DNA from: Longimicrobiales bacterium
GTDB taxonomy: Bacteria > Gemmatimonadota > Gemmatimonadetes > Longimicrobiales > Gaopeijiaceae
Direction: 5' to 3'
NCBI GenBank assembly: GCA_965202805.1
Contig: OZ241869.1
Span: forward strand, 352,001 to 416,000
DNA length: 64,000 bases
Below, one piece after another: positions 21,241 through 31,469 of the stretch (positions within the stretch are counted from its first letter, which is position 1; each line of letters starts with the position of its first letter). The notes under the pieces were generated by a model. That model was not told the origin of the DNA and ran no database searches. It was given only the letters and a program-made list of their open reading frames with translations. The position numbers and the translations under genes were made by a program.

Positions 21241-21301
21241 TGTTTACGCTATAGCAACTAATACAAGGTATGCGGAGAGGAACGCAACCGAGGGAAGAAA
21301 C

Positions 21302-21775
21302 ATGAACGAGTCTTTTGGAGCCCGCGTGGCGCGATTCGAGCGACATGTGACGGAAGCGCAGGAGTATTTGGCAAACCTCGCTAGCGCAGAGCGGGCGCAC
21401 CTAAAATCCGCCGAGCGGCTTGAAGCAGCCAAGATTGCGCTCGAAGAACATATGGCTAGATGGCTTGTACCCGAGGAATCCGAGACTCGACAACAGAGCA
21501 GAGAGGTGGCAGTGTTGGACATCTTGGCCAAGAGACAAGGTGAAATCATCGCGAACTCGCAGATCATCGAGGCATTGATAGCGCGACGAGACGACGCGTC
21601 GCCCAAGACGCTCAACTCGGCCGTGTCACGTATTCTGTCCAAGTTGGCGGAGCGGGGTGAGATCCGGCGCATTGGGCAGGGTAAATGGCAGTACGACGTA
21701 CGGTTGCCCGCGCGGGAAGTTTTCGGTGCCGTGGCCGAAGTGAAAGCCCCAGTTTCTCGTTCTGTTCATGGATAA
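21302..21775 (+). CDS. hypothetical coiled-coil + winged-helix DNA-binding protein
   Basis: N-terminal heptad pattern; C-terminal AVSRILSKLAERGEIRRIGQGKWQY wHTH-like motif. Confidence 0.65.
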   Translation: MNESFGARVARFERHVTEAQEYLANLASAERAHLKSAERLEAAKIALEEHMARWLVPEESETRQQSREVAVLDILAKRQGEIIANSQIIEALIARRDDASPKTLNSAVSRILSKLAERGEIRRIGQGKWQYDVRLPAREVFGAVAEVKAPVSRSVHG

Positions 21776-21856
21776 CTCCAACCAAAACCGTGACGAACGG
21801 AGGTTGCTGCGAGCGATGATTTGGCCGATCTTGGACCCCCTCCCGAGGAGGGGTTG

Positions 21857-22213
21857 ATGGAGTGGTGGCAGGTGATGATCTGCCTGGTGGTGGCGATCCT
21901 AACATTCAGGGTAACCGCCACGATCAACGTCACCGAGTTGATGAAACTCCGAGATGAGAGAAGGATAAGACATCTCCGAAGCCTGTGCCCTCACACAGAG
22001 CTTGAGGTCAAGGGTGACGAAATCAGGGTCCAGTCAACGGTTATCAGTCCGATGATGACCCCGGATTGGATCTGCAAGAATTGCGGGATGCGCTTCCGTG
22101 GAGGACGGGAACAAGCCGCAGATGTCGCTCACTACTGGGGTCAGAACCCCAAACTGTGGATACGTCAGATCAAGAAGTACCAGAAGTACTTCCGCAAGCA
22201 CTTCCGCACCTAA
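21857..22213 (+). CDS. hypothetical membrane-anchored protein with Cys/His motifs (CPH, CKNC)
   Basis: GAGGAGG RBS, N-terminal TM helix, possible Zn ribbon. Confidence 0.6.
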   Translation: MEWWQVMICLVVAILTFRVTATINVTELMKLRDERRIRHLRSLCPHTELEVKGDEIRVQSTVISPMMTPDWICKNCGMRFRGGREQAADVAHYWGQNPKLWIRQIKKYQKYFRKHFRT

Positions 22214-22354
22214 AAATAGCACCCCTCCCCGCGTCCTGATTCCGGGCCGTTTCGAGCCCGAAAACACCCACGGAAAGCACCGATTCATGGTCTATTTATG
22301 CCGTAAGGTATACCATCCGGTATAGGCCCCTTCTCATTCCACTCCGAACTACCG

Positions 22355-22708
22355 ATGACCGTGTTCTGCGCCGCGCCGGGCCATCGAGCCGGGGTGACGC
22401 GCGACTGGCGCGCGACTTCCGAACTGTCGGTGGAGCTGGAGCCCCTGAGGGAGGGCGGCTCGATGGTGTTCACCGAGGGCACCCAGCACCTTCCGGCCTT
22501 GCAGGGGCGTCTCAACCCGATCCTGGACGACCTGGACCGCATGTACGTCTACGTTACCAACGTGGGCATCGACGGCGGCAAGCGGCATCCGGTCCACTTC
22601 AAGCTGGGTCAGACGCTGCGCATGACGGACGTGCACGGTTTCCGCCTGATGGTGCGATTCGTGGATATGGGGGGAGATCGGCGCTGGTGGAGTACTGGCC
22701 GGGGTGAG
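22355..22708 (+). pseudogene. gene relic with a frameshift in a G run
   Basis: Coding-like ...RLMVRFVDMGG continues as RSALVEYWPG* if one G is added at about 22670-22674; 5' end unclear. Confidence 0.35.
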
Positions 22709-23039
22709 GGATGGCAGCGGGGATTGTGCCGTTGCGTTTCGGTGGTCCCGTCGCGTCTCACGGCGGGTGCTTAGCCGGACCGCCAGCGTGACCGGGGTGT
22801 TGTCGGTTCGCTTGTGTGCCGAACCTTGACGGGGCGTTTACCGACGACCCCGTTCTAACCTCTCGTACACGGCATCCAAAACGTGGTGGATCACAGCGTT
22901 CGTCACCGCCAGCGCTTCTAGGGTAGGGTCGATCTGCCCCCCTGATCTCGACGCGCGGCTGGAACATCGCGAGCTTTCCTTAAGGAGTCCGCGGTTGCGG
23001 CGCGGCCGAGCGATAACATTAGGGAGACCCAGAATCGTG

Positions 23040-24311
23040 ATGCTCGAGGAGGAGCCACTCGACCGATTCCGGCAGCGTGCCCTCGCCCTAGCGTGCCGGA
23101 TGCGGTTCGATCCGTTCTTGGTGAACGAAGCGATCGCCACGCTGACCTGTAGCCTCGGGACGGAGTGGGTTGCCAATGAGGCTAACACCCAACAGCGCGG
23201 GACGCCGTGGCCGTTCCGGGACCATCCCGTCGGGCAGATGATTCACGTAGCGGGAGAGCGATCCGTTGCAGAGGCCCTTGAACTCGCTCACTACCTTAAG
23301 ACAGCGGCTAGTTCCCAGGCATTTCCGACCTTGGTAGCCGGGATCAAGGCGAGAGACAACGCGCAGTACCGGCATACACTGCTCCAGTTGGCCTTTCACG
23401 ATCGGTTCGCCCTGTTGGCGGATGATCCTCCGATACTTGAGCCGCCTACCGACGGAGGGCGCGTCGCTGATATCCAGTTTCGTCGATTGGACCGCCTCTA
23501 TCTGGTAGAGTGCTACGCGCGGAGGGAGGGGACTAGGGCGGCCGACGAGACGGACTGGCTCATGGAGAAAACGCTGAACGCGATCAACGACTTGGAGGGA
23601 GTCTTCTCGATCGCGATTCAGCTTCATTCGATGCCGAACGCTGCGGAGCGGAAGGAATTGCGCGGGCAGATCGTCGCGGCAGCAAAGCGACTCGACGCGA
23701 TGTGCCGAAGTGGCGCGCGGGCTCCCTCGGAACTGATCGAGTCGGATGCTGCTCGCACCTCCGTATGGAAGAGGCGTCCCAGTCGGCTGGGACGGCGTTC
23801 CCCCCTTTATGTGCATCCCTCTTTCCCAGACTTAGGGGATCCTGATCGACTCATCGTGGGAGAGGAGGTCTCCGAGAGGGCCATAAGGGGACTCAATCCG
23901 ACTACAATGCGGGGCACGCTCGTAGGCCATGTAGCTGTCTGGTTGCCCGCCGGTCAGGTGGGCGTACCGGAAACCGTTGACGAGCAAGTACTTCAGCTCG
24001 TAGGGAAGATGAGGACCAAGCTGGCCCAGACGCGTTCGAGGGACGCTCACCGAGTGCTGATCGTGGATACATGGACGGCACACTCGCAATTCAGGCTTTC
24101 AGAGGAAGCTGAAGCGAAGGTGAAACGAGCTATCTTTGGCGGGCATTCGAATGTGGCCGGTGTGCTCTTGGTGACAAGGCACTTCGACGAGCATGTGAAG
24201 CGCCACAGGTATGAGATGAAGCCTCTCGCGAACGTCGTGTTGGGCGGTTCCGCGATTGTAGATCTTGTTGCGCTAGAGTCTGAGTTGACAGTTCCGGAGA
24301 TCCTGTCCTGA
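23040..24311 (+). CDS. hypothetical protein, probable PD-(D/E)xK nuclease-like fold
   Basis: LEPPTDGGRVADIQF...YLVECY motif; atypical codon usage; island context. Confidence 0.6.
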   Translation: MLEEEPLDRFRQRALALACRMRFDPFLVNEAIATLTCSLGTEWVANEANTQQRGTPWPFRDHPVGQMIHVAGERSVAEALELAHYLKTAASSQAFPTLVAGIKARDNAQYRHTLLQLAFHDRFALLADDPPILEPPTDGGRVADIQFRRLDRLYLVECYARREGTRAADETDWLMEKTLNAINDLEGVFSIAIQLHSMPNAAERKELRGQIVAAAKRLDAMCRSGARAPSELIESDAARTSVWKRRPSRLGRRSPLYVHPSFPDLGDPDRLIVGEEVSERAIRGLNPTTMRGTLVGHVAVWLPAGQVGVPETVDEQVLQLVGKMRTKLAQTRSRDAHRVLIVDTWTAHSQFRLSEEAEAKVKRAIFGGHSNVAGVLLVTRHFDEHVKRHRYEMKPLANVVLGGSAIVDLVALESELTVPEILS

Positions 24312-24673
24312 CCAGTGGCTCTCGCCGATGTTCCTTCCGCCGTGACCTAGCTCGACACGCCGGGGTGGAGACGGGGGTTGCGAATCGGTTCGGTCCCGGG
24401 TCCTCTCGTGGCACCATGGGACTTCAGTCACTCCAGGTCAAACACGGGCGACCGACCTGCCCTTGACGGAGCGCGCCGGGACGAAGAGAGTTCGTCGTCC
24501 ATCCGAAGGCTGGCACGACTAGTGGAAGGCCACCATCCGAAGGCGCATCGGTGAGAGCCCACAGCCGTTTCCTCTAACTGTGCCACACCACCTACTCATG
24601 TATCGAGTCGGCTAGGGCGATCTGCGTTTCCGCAGCCATCGGGTGAGGACCGTTTGGGTGAGCCGTCTGGCGG

Positions 24674-25344
24674 TTGATGTCGCGCTCAGCCGGGCATAGG
24701 GCTGCCGGCAGGGTGACAGGTGCAGGACCAACGGGCGACGGCCGAGTATCCGTGGGTGTGGCCGGGGTTACCATCGCAACGCTCGGCGGACAGCTGCGAT
24801 GGTGGTCAGGAACCAGCCCAGTGGTCGGCGACCTGTGTATCCCGATGGGCCTCCAGTACCTCCGTTGGACGAACCACCAGCACGAACACACGTTGGCGAT
24901 CTGCTGCGATGCGCCTCACCATGTCCTGACTCGTCTGGAGACCGAACGGCGTGGGGCACCCCTCGTCCTTCGGATGGACCTGGCAGGCTCGTGGGCATTG
25001 GAAGGAAGCATCCAGCCAATCTACCGACCCTTGGCGGTTCGAAGTGCGTCGGTGAGGCTCTCCAAGCCCAGCGCCACGCCCATGCCGAGTGGCGGACCGG
25101 ACGGGCCGAACCTTGGCGTGTCGATTGGTCGGAGTCGAGGGCTGAGCTTGGACGGCGTCGCAAGTTGCATCCCGACGCTGCCGAGTGGTTGCACTATTCT
25201 GAGGTGGACGAGGTCCTGGACGTGTTTGGGGAAGCGCCTGCTAGGAAACTCGCTTTCCGTTTGCTATCCGATCCTGAAAAGCCCGGAATGCGGTATCGAA
25301 TGGCGGGAATCGGGGAGGGTGGCCTTGCCGCCGGGTCGAGGTAG
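24674..25344 (+). pseudogene. fused fragments of hypothetical genes
   Basis: Protein-like stretches in two frames (LTRLETERRGAPLVLRMDLAGSW; LHPDAAEWLHYSEVDEVLDVF) with no credible start. Confidence 0.3.
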
Positions 25345-25394
25345 TCGGGTAACCCATCAGGCCGTTTTCGTACAGCCGGTTCCGTGTCCTCCGC

Positions 25395-25889
25395 TCACCT
25401 GAACTGAGCTGCACGTAACCTCGTCCATGCCCGCCTCCACGGCGGAAGCCGTGCGCGGTCATAACGCTCGCCCGTTCGCTTGACGCGGTGCCTCATCACA
25501 TCGCGGAGGGGCATCTTCAGCCTGCGCGTGGCAAACCGCAGGGCGTGCTCCGGGTCATGCTCCTCCAGCCACATCCAATAGCCGCGATCCGCTTCCTCTG
25601 AAAACTGTCTGACCTCTGGAGCGAGCTTCCTGTAGGACTCGTACATGGCTTCCGCGTAGTCGGCGTTCCGAGCCCGTCGAATCCTCTTGGCGATCTTACG
25701 GCCATCATGGCTGACCGGGAGCGGCAATAACCGCTTGGGACCGGTAAACCACAGAAGCCAAGCGGCCAGAGAGCCGATCCCGGCGATTACAAGCCAACGC
25801 CAGTCGCCGAGCGGAAAGATGGGCTCCATGAAAAAGGATGCAGCCGCTGCCGCGACTACGCTGACTCCAGAGATGACCGCGTACCGCAT
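25395..25889 (-). CDS. hypothetical membrane protein (2 N-terminal TM helices)
   Basis: GGAGGT RBS before MRYAVISG; hydrophobic N-terminus. Confidence 0.55.
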   Translation of the reverse strand: MRYAVISGVSVVAAAAASFFMEPIFPLGDWRWLVIAGIGSLAAWLLWFTGPKRLLPLPVSHDGRKIAKRIRRARNADYAEAMYESYRKLAPEVRQFSEEADRGYWMWLEEHDPEHALRFATRRLKMPLRDVMRHRVKRTGERYDRARLPPWRRAWTRLRAAQFR

Positions 25890-25916
25890 GCCTACACCTC
25901 CCACTCGGCGACGCTC

Positions 25917-26537
25917 TTAGAAGAGACCTCGGATAAGCTCGCAAAGGAGCTCGAAGGCAGCCTGTTTAGCGATAAACTTGACGGTTTTCTCGACCAGTCC
26001 TCGTTGTACCCATCGTCTCTTGTCAGCATGAGTAGCTATCTCTTCGTGAACATATTGTGCGGCGGATTCCTCGGGCTCCCCTTGATCCATCCGCTTCATG
26101 GCTTCGTTGGCGATCCCCCGCGCTCGTCGCTCGATCACGAGGTTGAATGTCGGAGCGTCTCGCGTTAGCTGCTCCATCACACGGTTGAACACCACAGCGT
26201 TCCGCGCTAGCTGGTCCATCGCCCGGTTGAATGCCGGAGCGTCCCGCGCTAGCTGCTCCATCACACGGTTGAAGGCCTCAGCCGCCCGCGCTGTTTGCAC
26301 TATCGCCCCACGATTTGCCATCGCTTGCGTGGATGCTTCAGCCACCCGCGCTGCCTGCTCCATCGCTGGCGCAGCTGCCTCAGCCGCCCGCGCTACCTGA
26401 TCGATCACCCCGCGATTTGCCATCGCTTGCGTGGATGCTTCAGCCGCCCGCGCTGCCTGCTCCATCGCTGGCGCAGCTGTCTCAGCTGCCCGCGCTACCT
26501 GATCGATAATGCGCCTTAGTTCGCTATTGTCCATCAC
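25917..26537 (-). CDS. hypothetical helical repeat protein
   Basis: About 2.3 copies of a 34-aa unit followed by about 4 copies of a 14-aa unit; repeats visible at DNA level. Confidence 0.65.
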   Translation of the reverse strand: MMDNSELRRIIDQVARAAETAAPAMEQAARAAEASTQAMANRGVIDQVARAAEAAAPAMEQAARVAEASTQAMANRGAIVQTARAAEAFNRVMEQLARDAPAFNRAMDQLARNAVVFNRVMEQLTRDAPTFNLVIERRARGIANEAMKRMDQGEPEESAAQYVHEEIATHADKRRWVQRGLVEKTVKFIAKQAAFELLCELIRGLF

Positions 26538-26649
26538 CTGTCATTCCCCCCAAAGCCGGTTTTCCGCAAGAAACCGGATGGAACCCGAAAGGTGACCCCC
26601 ACCGGAACCCCGCATCGCTGCCAGCCCGTGTTCACCCTTTCAGACCCGG

Positions 26650-29226
26650 TTACACTCTCCCCCGAAACAGCATCCCATTCAACCTTGCCTGCCACTCGTC
26701 CTCGTCCACGACCTCGAAGCGCATCACCTTGCTCCGCATCGCGGGCGCGAACTCGGCCCAATCGGCCTTGCGGGCATGTTCGCTGCAGATGTCGAAGACG
26801 GAGCGCTTGTACTCGGTGTCCTCCGCTTCCTTCAGGTGAACGCCCTTGGTTTCGACCACGAACACCTGGTGGAAGCCATCGTCCGCCCCGGCTTCGTCGT
26901 CCCTCAGCGCCACGACGAAATCCGCGTAGATCCGGCGCGGCTTCCAGCCCTGCACGAAATAGTCCTTGCGGGCGCGGTTGCGGTACCAGAAGAAGAGGCG
27001 CGCCTGCTGGTCCAGATAGGTCGCGACCTTGTTCTCGAACTGGTTGAGATCGTCCTCCGTGGTGACGTCGAAGAGGTTGCGCTGGTACGGACTGCCATCC
27101 TCCCGGTTGGCCCGCTTTGTCTTCGGAACCTCGATCTTCGCGGGAAGGCGATTGGATTGGAGATCCTCCGTAACGACCAGAAAACGCATCCGCCCCGACT
27201 CCAGGAGATTGCGGAAGACCTCGCGGGACAGGCGATCCCGTTCGCTCTCGAGGTGTCGGCGGAGTTCTTCTAGCACGAAGACGTGGTTGGCGGTGACGCG
27301 CTCGGCGGAGTAACGCTCAAGCAGGGCCTCGAAGGCGCGCCGGGCCAGATCGCGACCGCGCCACGGGTTGGGAACCAGGTCCAGGAGGTGGCTGGCGGCG
27401 AAGAAGTAGTCCACCGGTGGCCCGCCGTTGCCCGACTCGACATCGTCGGAGGCTTCGACGTTTCCGGTATCGCTGCCAATGCCCTCCGGCTCCAAGACCG
27501 GCCCCGCCTCGATCAGGTTCGTCCGTAGCAGCACATCTCCACCCCGCCTCTTGTCCAGCGTCAGATCGTCCAGCGCCGAGAGGTCGATGTCGTCCCAGGG
27601 CAGCCGCGAGAGAATGTCCGCCTCGTAGTGGACGAGACGCCAGCCGTCCACGTCCCGGATCATGAAGGCGGGAAGGACGAGATCGCGAACCGCCGCTTGA
27701 TACCGCTTCCGCTGCCGGGTGGCCAGCTTCTCCGTTGGGCGGGCCGGGCCGCCGTCGGAAACCACCCTGCCTTCGAGGCCCTGCAACCCCTCCAGCCCGA
27801 ACCCCTTCCTGACCTCCTTCAGCAGCTCGTTTCCCCGGCGGCTGAAGCAGAAGACGTAGCTCTCGTCAAGCAGGGGCACACCCGTCTTGCATGCGTAGGG
27901 CTGCCGCAGGATCCGGCCCACCAGCTGGGTGATACCGGTCTTCGACATCGGGTTGGTGAGGATGGTGAGAATGTAGGCGAACGGGCAGTCCCAGCCTTCC
28001 TGAAGCGCTTGCTTGGTGATGATGAATCGGATCGGGCAGTCGCGGGACATGAGACCGCCAACGTCGTCCACCTCCTTCAACTCGTCCTTCGCGCTCGTCT
28101 TGACCGCAACATGCTCCCGGCTGATTCCCGGGTGCTGGAGCAGGTATTCGCGCACGTCGTCGGTGTGGATGTACCCGGGCTTCCGCTGCTGCCTGCCGGT
28201 TCTCTCCACCTGGATTACACAGATGGGCCGGATGTACGTCCCGGACTCGGCTTCATGATGCCGCGCCGCGGCCTCCAGATGCTCCCGGTGTTCAACAGAC
28301 TCCAGCAGTGTGCCCCGCCAGTCACTGCTCGCCTTGTTCCGGATGTGCAGATCGAGCTTGATCATCTCCTCGTCGTTGAGTTCCCGGCCCAGGATCTCGA
28401 CCAGCACGTTGGCGCCCCTGGCCGGAGTGGCCGAAAGCTCGACGATCATGCACGGGTTGAACCCTTCGAGCGTCTTCTTCGCGTTGACGCTGTACGCCTT
28501 GTGTCCCTCGTCGAGGATGATCAGCGGCCGCAGCCACCGTACCGTATTCCCGAGGGAAGTCTTGATGTACCGGCCCCAGAAGCCTGCGGATTGCTCGAAA
28601 GTGTCCAGATTGGGGTTGTCCTCCAGCATTCCGGCATGCGCCGTGGGATCGTCGTCCGGAGGAAAGAACCGGTCGAAACCCCCGCTGTCGCGGAACATCC
28701 GGAGGGTGTCCTTCGTTTTCCGGTTCGCTGACGGGAGCATCAGCACAAGAACGCAGAGGTTCTCGGCGACATCGCGCGGGCCGAACGCCGCGGTCTTCTC
28801 GAAGATGCGCGTGCGCTGACCCGAAGACAGATCGAGTTGCTGGCGGTAGGGATGGTCGCGGTCCTTGAGCGCCCTGAGCGTCTGGTTGTAGATCTGCGTC
28901 GTGGGCACGATCCACAGCACCAGGCCGCGCCGACTCTGCCGGAAGTGCGCGTTGACGAGATCGATTACCCGCGTGGCGAGCAGCGTCTTGCCGCCACCGG
29001 TCGGGATCTTGAGGCAGAAGGCGGGAAAACGCTCGCCGAGTCCATTGCGACGGGAGTGGAACGGCCGCCCACGGACGGTCCTCCTCCACGCCTTTCCCAC
29101 CCAGTCCGTACCCCAGTTCGGATTGTGCCGTCGCGCCTCTTGGTCTTCAGCCCGCGACTTCGCCAACTCCGCGACGAAGCGGCGGACCGTAGCCAACGTC
29201 CGTTTCTGATATTCCTTAAGGATCAT
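26650..29226 (-). CDS. res: Type III restriction endonuclease subunit (SF2 helicase + PD-(D/E)xK)
   Basis: MILKEYQ (Q motif), IPTGGGKT, LDEGHK, LQEGWDCP, QLVGRILRQP, YADFVV...VETKG. ATG 29226 overlaps the mod stop. Confidence 0.9.
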   Translation of the reverse strand: MILKEYQKRTLATVRRFVAELAKSRAEDQEARRHNPNWGTDWVGKAWRRTVRGRPFHSRRNGLGERFPAFCLKIPTGGGKTLLATRVIDLVNAHFRQSRRGLVLWIVPTTQIYNQTLRALKDRDHPYRQQLDLSSGQRTRIFEKTAAFGPRDVAENLCVLVLMLPSANRKTKDTLRMFRDSGGFDRFFPPDDDPTAHAGMLEDNPNLDTFEQSAGFWGRYIKTSLGNTVRWLRPLIILDEGHKAYSVNAKKTLEGFNPCMIVELSATPARGANVLVEILGRELNDEEMIKLDLHIRNKASSDWRGTLLESVEHREHLEAAARHHEAESGTYIRPICVIQVERTGRQQRKPGYIHTDDVREYLLQHPGISREHVAVKTSAKDELKEVDDVGGLMSRDCPIRFIITKQALQEGWDCPFAYILTILTNPMSKTGITQLVGRILRQPYACKTGVPLLDESYVFCFSRRGNELLKEVRKGFGLEGLQGLEGRVVSDGGPARPTEKLATRQRKRYQAAVRDLVLPAFMIRDVDGWRLVHYEADILSRLPWDDIDLSALDDLTLDKRRGGDVLLRTNLIEAGPVLEPEGIGSDTGNVEASDDVESGNGGPPVDYFFAASHLLDLVPNPWRGRDLARRAFEALLERYSAERVTANHVFVLEELRRHLESERDRLSREVFRNLLESGRMRFLVVTEDLQSNRLPAKIEVPKTKRANREDGSPYQRNLFDVTTEDDLNQFENKVATYLDQQARLFFWYRNRARKDYFVQGWKPRRIYADFVVALRDDEAGADDGFHQVFVVETKGVHLKEAEDTEYKRSVFDICSEHARKADWAEFAPAMRSKVMRFEVVDEDEWQARLNGMLFRGRV

Positions 29227-30929
29227 CCTTCCAGCCTGTCGATCGCTTTGTAGATCTGGAACGGCAACTGCTGGAAGTCGATCCGGTACCGGTGAAGGAA
29301 ATCGCGGTCCAGGTACTTGGTCGGCGCGAAGACGAGCTTTCGCCTCGATCCGGCGGGAAGGGCGCGGGCCTCGGCCAGCGACAGCGCGAGACTCTTGAGC
29401 TTGTCGACATCCGGCTCGTAGAAGAGGAAGACATCGTGGGACGCCGTGCGCCCGATGAACCCGGTTCTCCGGTCGGTCTCGGACGGGTCGAACTCCTGCC
29501 CGGTCGCGGTGAAGAAGATGTAGGACGCGAGCTTCTCCCACGACGGCAGGTGGGAGCCGTCGAGGAGCGACTCCTGACGCATGGGACGCCCGAGCTCGAA
29601 GTAGCTGAAGGTGCCGCCGAGGCCGGTCTTGAGGGCGTCGTCCCTGGCGGTCGGAACCCCCTTGATGACGCGGCGGACGCGCTCGGCGGTGATGTTGTCC
29701 GCGTAGTCTTCACACTCGACGAGGATGAAGCGCCGGTTGCCACCGTCTTCCCGGTTCTGGGCGAGGACGGCGTGCGCCGTGGTGCCGGAACCGGCGAAGG
29801 AGTCGAGGACGATGGAGTCTCTATCGGTTGCGAAGGAAAGCAGGTCACCGATGAGTGTGGACGGCTTGGGGTTCTTGAAGATGCGACGGTTCTCTGGGAA
29901 GATCTCTCCGATTTCGTTTGCCCCGCGACGGGAGTCGATCCCTTGGATGATGCTACCCAGCTTCGCTTTATAGTCGTCGACGTATACCTTGAGCTCGATG
30001 ATCTTCGTCTCGTCCTTTCCAAACAGGACTCGCTCTTCTGACAGCAGTCGCTCCATCGTGGATGGCGGGAAGCGATAGCCCATCAGTGGCTGCCTGCATG
30101 GCTTGCCGGTCACCGGATGGAGCACGTCATAGCGGTAGCCCTCCCGGCCCGGGTTGTGGACGCTCTGGCTACCCGTGAAGACTCCCGCATCGTCGATGAA
30201 TTTGTAGCGATCCAACGGCTTGAGCTGCGCTCGATGTTCCTTTAGCCAGCGGGAGTACTCTCGCTGGCGCTTGGCCGGATCTGGATGCGAGTCGACAAGC
30301 TCGGCGCCAATGCGCTGAAGCGCCCCCTTCGGCCCGAAGGCCGCCGACTTCCACTGCTCCTCAAGCTCGTCCTTGTTGACGGCATAGCAGACGATGTACT
30401 CGTGCTCCGTGGCGATATTCGTCGGGTTGTTGTCGGTAGAGCCGTGCCAGATGATTTGCCCGACACGGTTCCGCTCTCCGAACACCTCGTCCATCAGACA
30501 GCGCAGGTGGTGCAGCTCGTTGTCGTCGATGGACACGAAGATCACGCCATCCTCTCGAAGCAGCTCGCGCAGCAGCTTCAGGCGCGGCATCAGCATGCAG
30601 GACCACTTGTCGTGGCGGGTCAGATCATCTCGGTCCACGACACGTCCCAGCCAAGCCCGCATGAGGGGCGAATTCACCTTGTCGTTGTACGCCCACCCCT
30701 CCTTGCCCGTGTTGTAGGGCGGGTCGATGTAGATGCACTTGACCTTGCCGTGATAGGTCGGCAGCAGCGACTTAAGGGCGGCCAGGTTGTCGCCGTGAAC
30801 GATCAGGTTGTCGCGCAGGCTGGCCTTCTCGCTCAGCCCCTTCTCGCGCACCGGCAGCAGTTCGTGGAAGGGTACGGCCAAGTGATGGTTCTCGACGAAG
30901 ACCTTCCCCTTGAATTGGAGCCGTGGCAA
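29223..30929 (-). CDS. mod: Type III adenine-specific DNA methyltransferase
   Basis: GDNL, IYIDPPYNTG, FVSIDDNE, NPKPS, LDSFAGSGTT (beta-class motif order). Confidence 0.92.
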   Translation of the reverse strand: MPRLQFKGKVFVENHHLAVPFHELLPVREKGLSEKASLRDNLIVHGDNLAALKSLLPTYHGKVKCIYIDPPYNTGKEGWAYNDKVNSPLMRAWLGRVVDRDDLTRHDKWSCMLMPRLKLLRELLREDGVIFVSIDDNELHHLRCLMDEVFGERNRVGQIIWHGSTDNNPTNIATEHEYIVCYAVNKDELEEQWKSAAFGPKGALQRIGAELVDSHPDPAKRQREYSRWLKEHRAQLKPLDRYKFIDDAGVFTGSQSVHNPGREGYRYDVLHPVTGKPCRQPLMGYRFPPSTMERLLSEERVLFGKDETKIIELKVYVDDYKAKLGSIIQGIDSRRGANEIGEIFPENRRIFKNPKPSTLIGDLLSFATDRDSIVLDSFAGSGTTAHAVLAQNREDGGNRRFILVECEDYADNITAERVRRVIKGVPTARDDALKTGLGGTFSYFELGRPMRQESLLDGSHLPSWEKLASYIFFTATGQEFDPSETDRRTGFIGRTASHDVFLFYEPDVDKLKSLALSLAEARALPAGSRRKLVFAPTKYLDRDFLHRYRIDFQQLPFQIYKAIDRLEG

Positions 30930-31115
30930 GGAGCTTCTCCTCTGGAAACGTTCAGGGTATCTTACGCGCCCCGCCCGCTGGTACCGGACGGATCTACTCC
31001 CTCCAAACTAACTCCCACGCCACGGTCGAGCAGGCCATCAGGCCATCGTGCGCGGCTAACGCCCCTACACGGAAGAGGCCGGCGCGATGGCTTGCCCCAA
31101 CCAGGCACGGTACCT
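30918..31115 (-). repeat. ~200-bp leader of mod, copy 1
   Basis: Homologous to 36780-36978; shares identical blocks ctccctccaaactaactc and accaggcacggtacct. Confidence 0.85.
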
Positions 31116-31204
31116 GAAGACGCTCAGTGGCATGCAGCGGCGGGCGGTTTCGCCTGCTCAGGCGGGAGAGCCAGCCCACGAGGCGGTGCCGTCTTCTTCA
31201 GGGG

Positions 31205-31253
31205 TTGATGGACTGGTAAATACTGGTGTCTACCAGCGTTTACTGTCGATATG
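31205..31253 (+). repeat. internal degenerate TACTG 10-bp-period repeat
   Basis: ttgatg gactggtaaa tactggtgtc taccagcgtt tactgtcgat atg. Confidence 0.55.
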
Positions 31254-31469
31254 CTATCGCAACTCTGTCCTCCGTCGGCGCCTCTCGCCGGGTGCAGGGC
31301 AACGCCGCTCCTACAGGACTTGGCAGGCGAGCTTCGAGACTAAGCAGGCGGTCGCAGCCGGGGCGCTGGTACACCGGTCCTGGAAGCCGAGGATGCGTCG
31401 GGCGACTTCGTCCCATGCTCGTTCCCAGGAGTCAAAGCGAGCCGCAGAACAGCGGTCTCACAGACCGTT

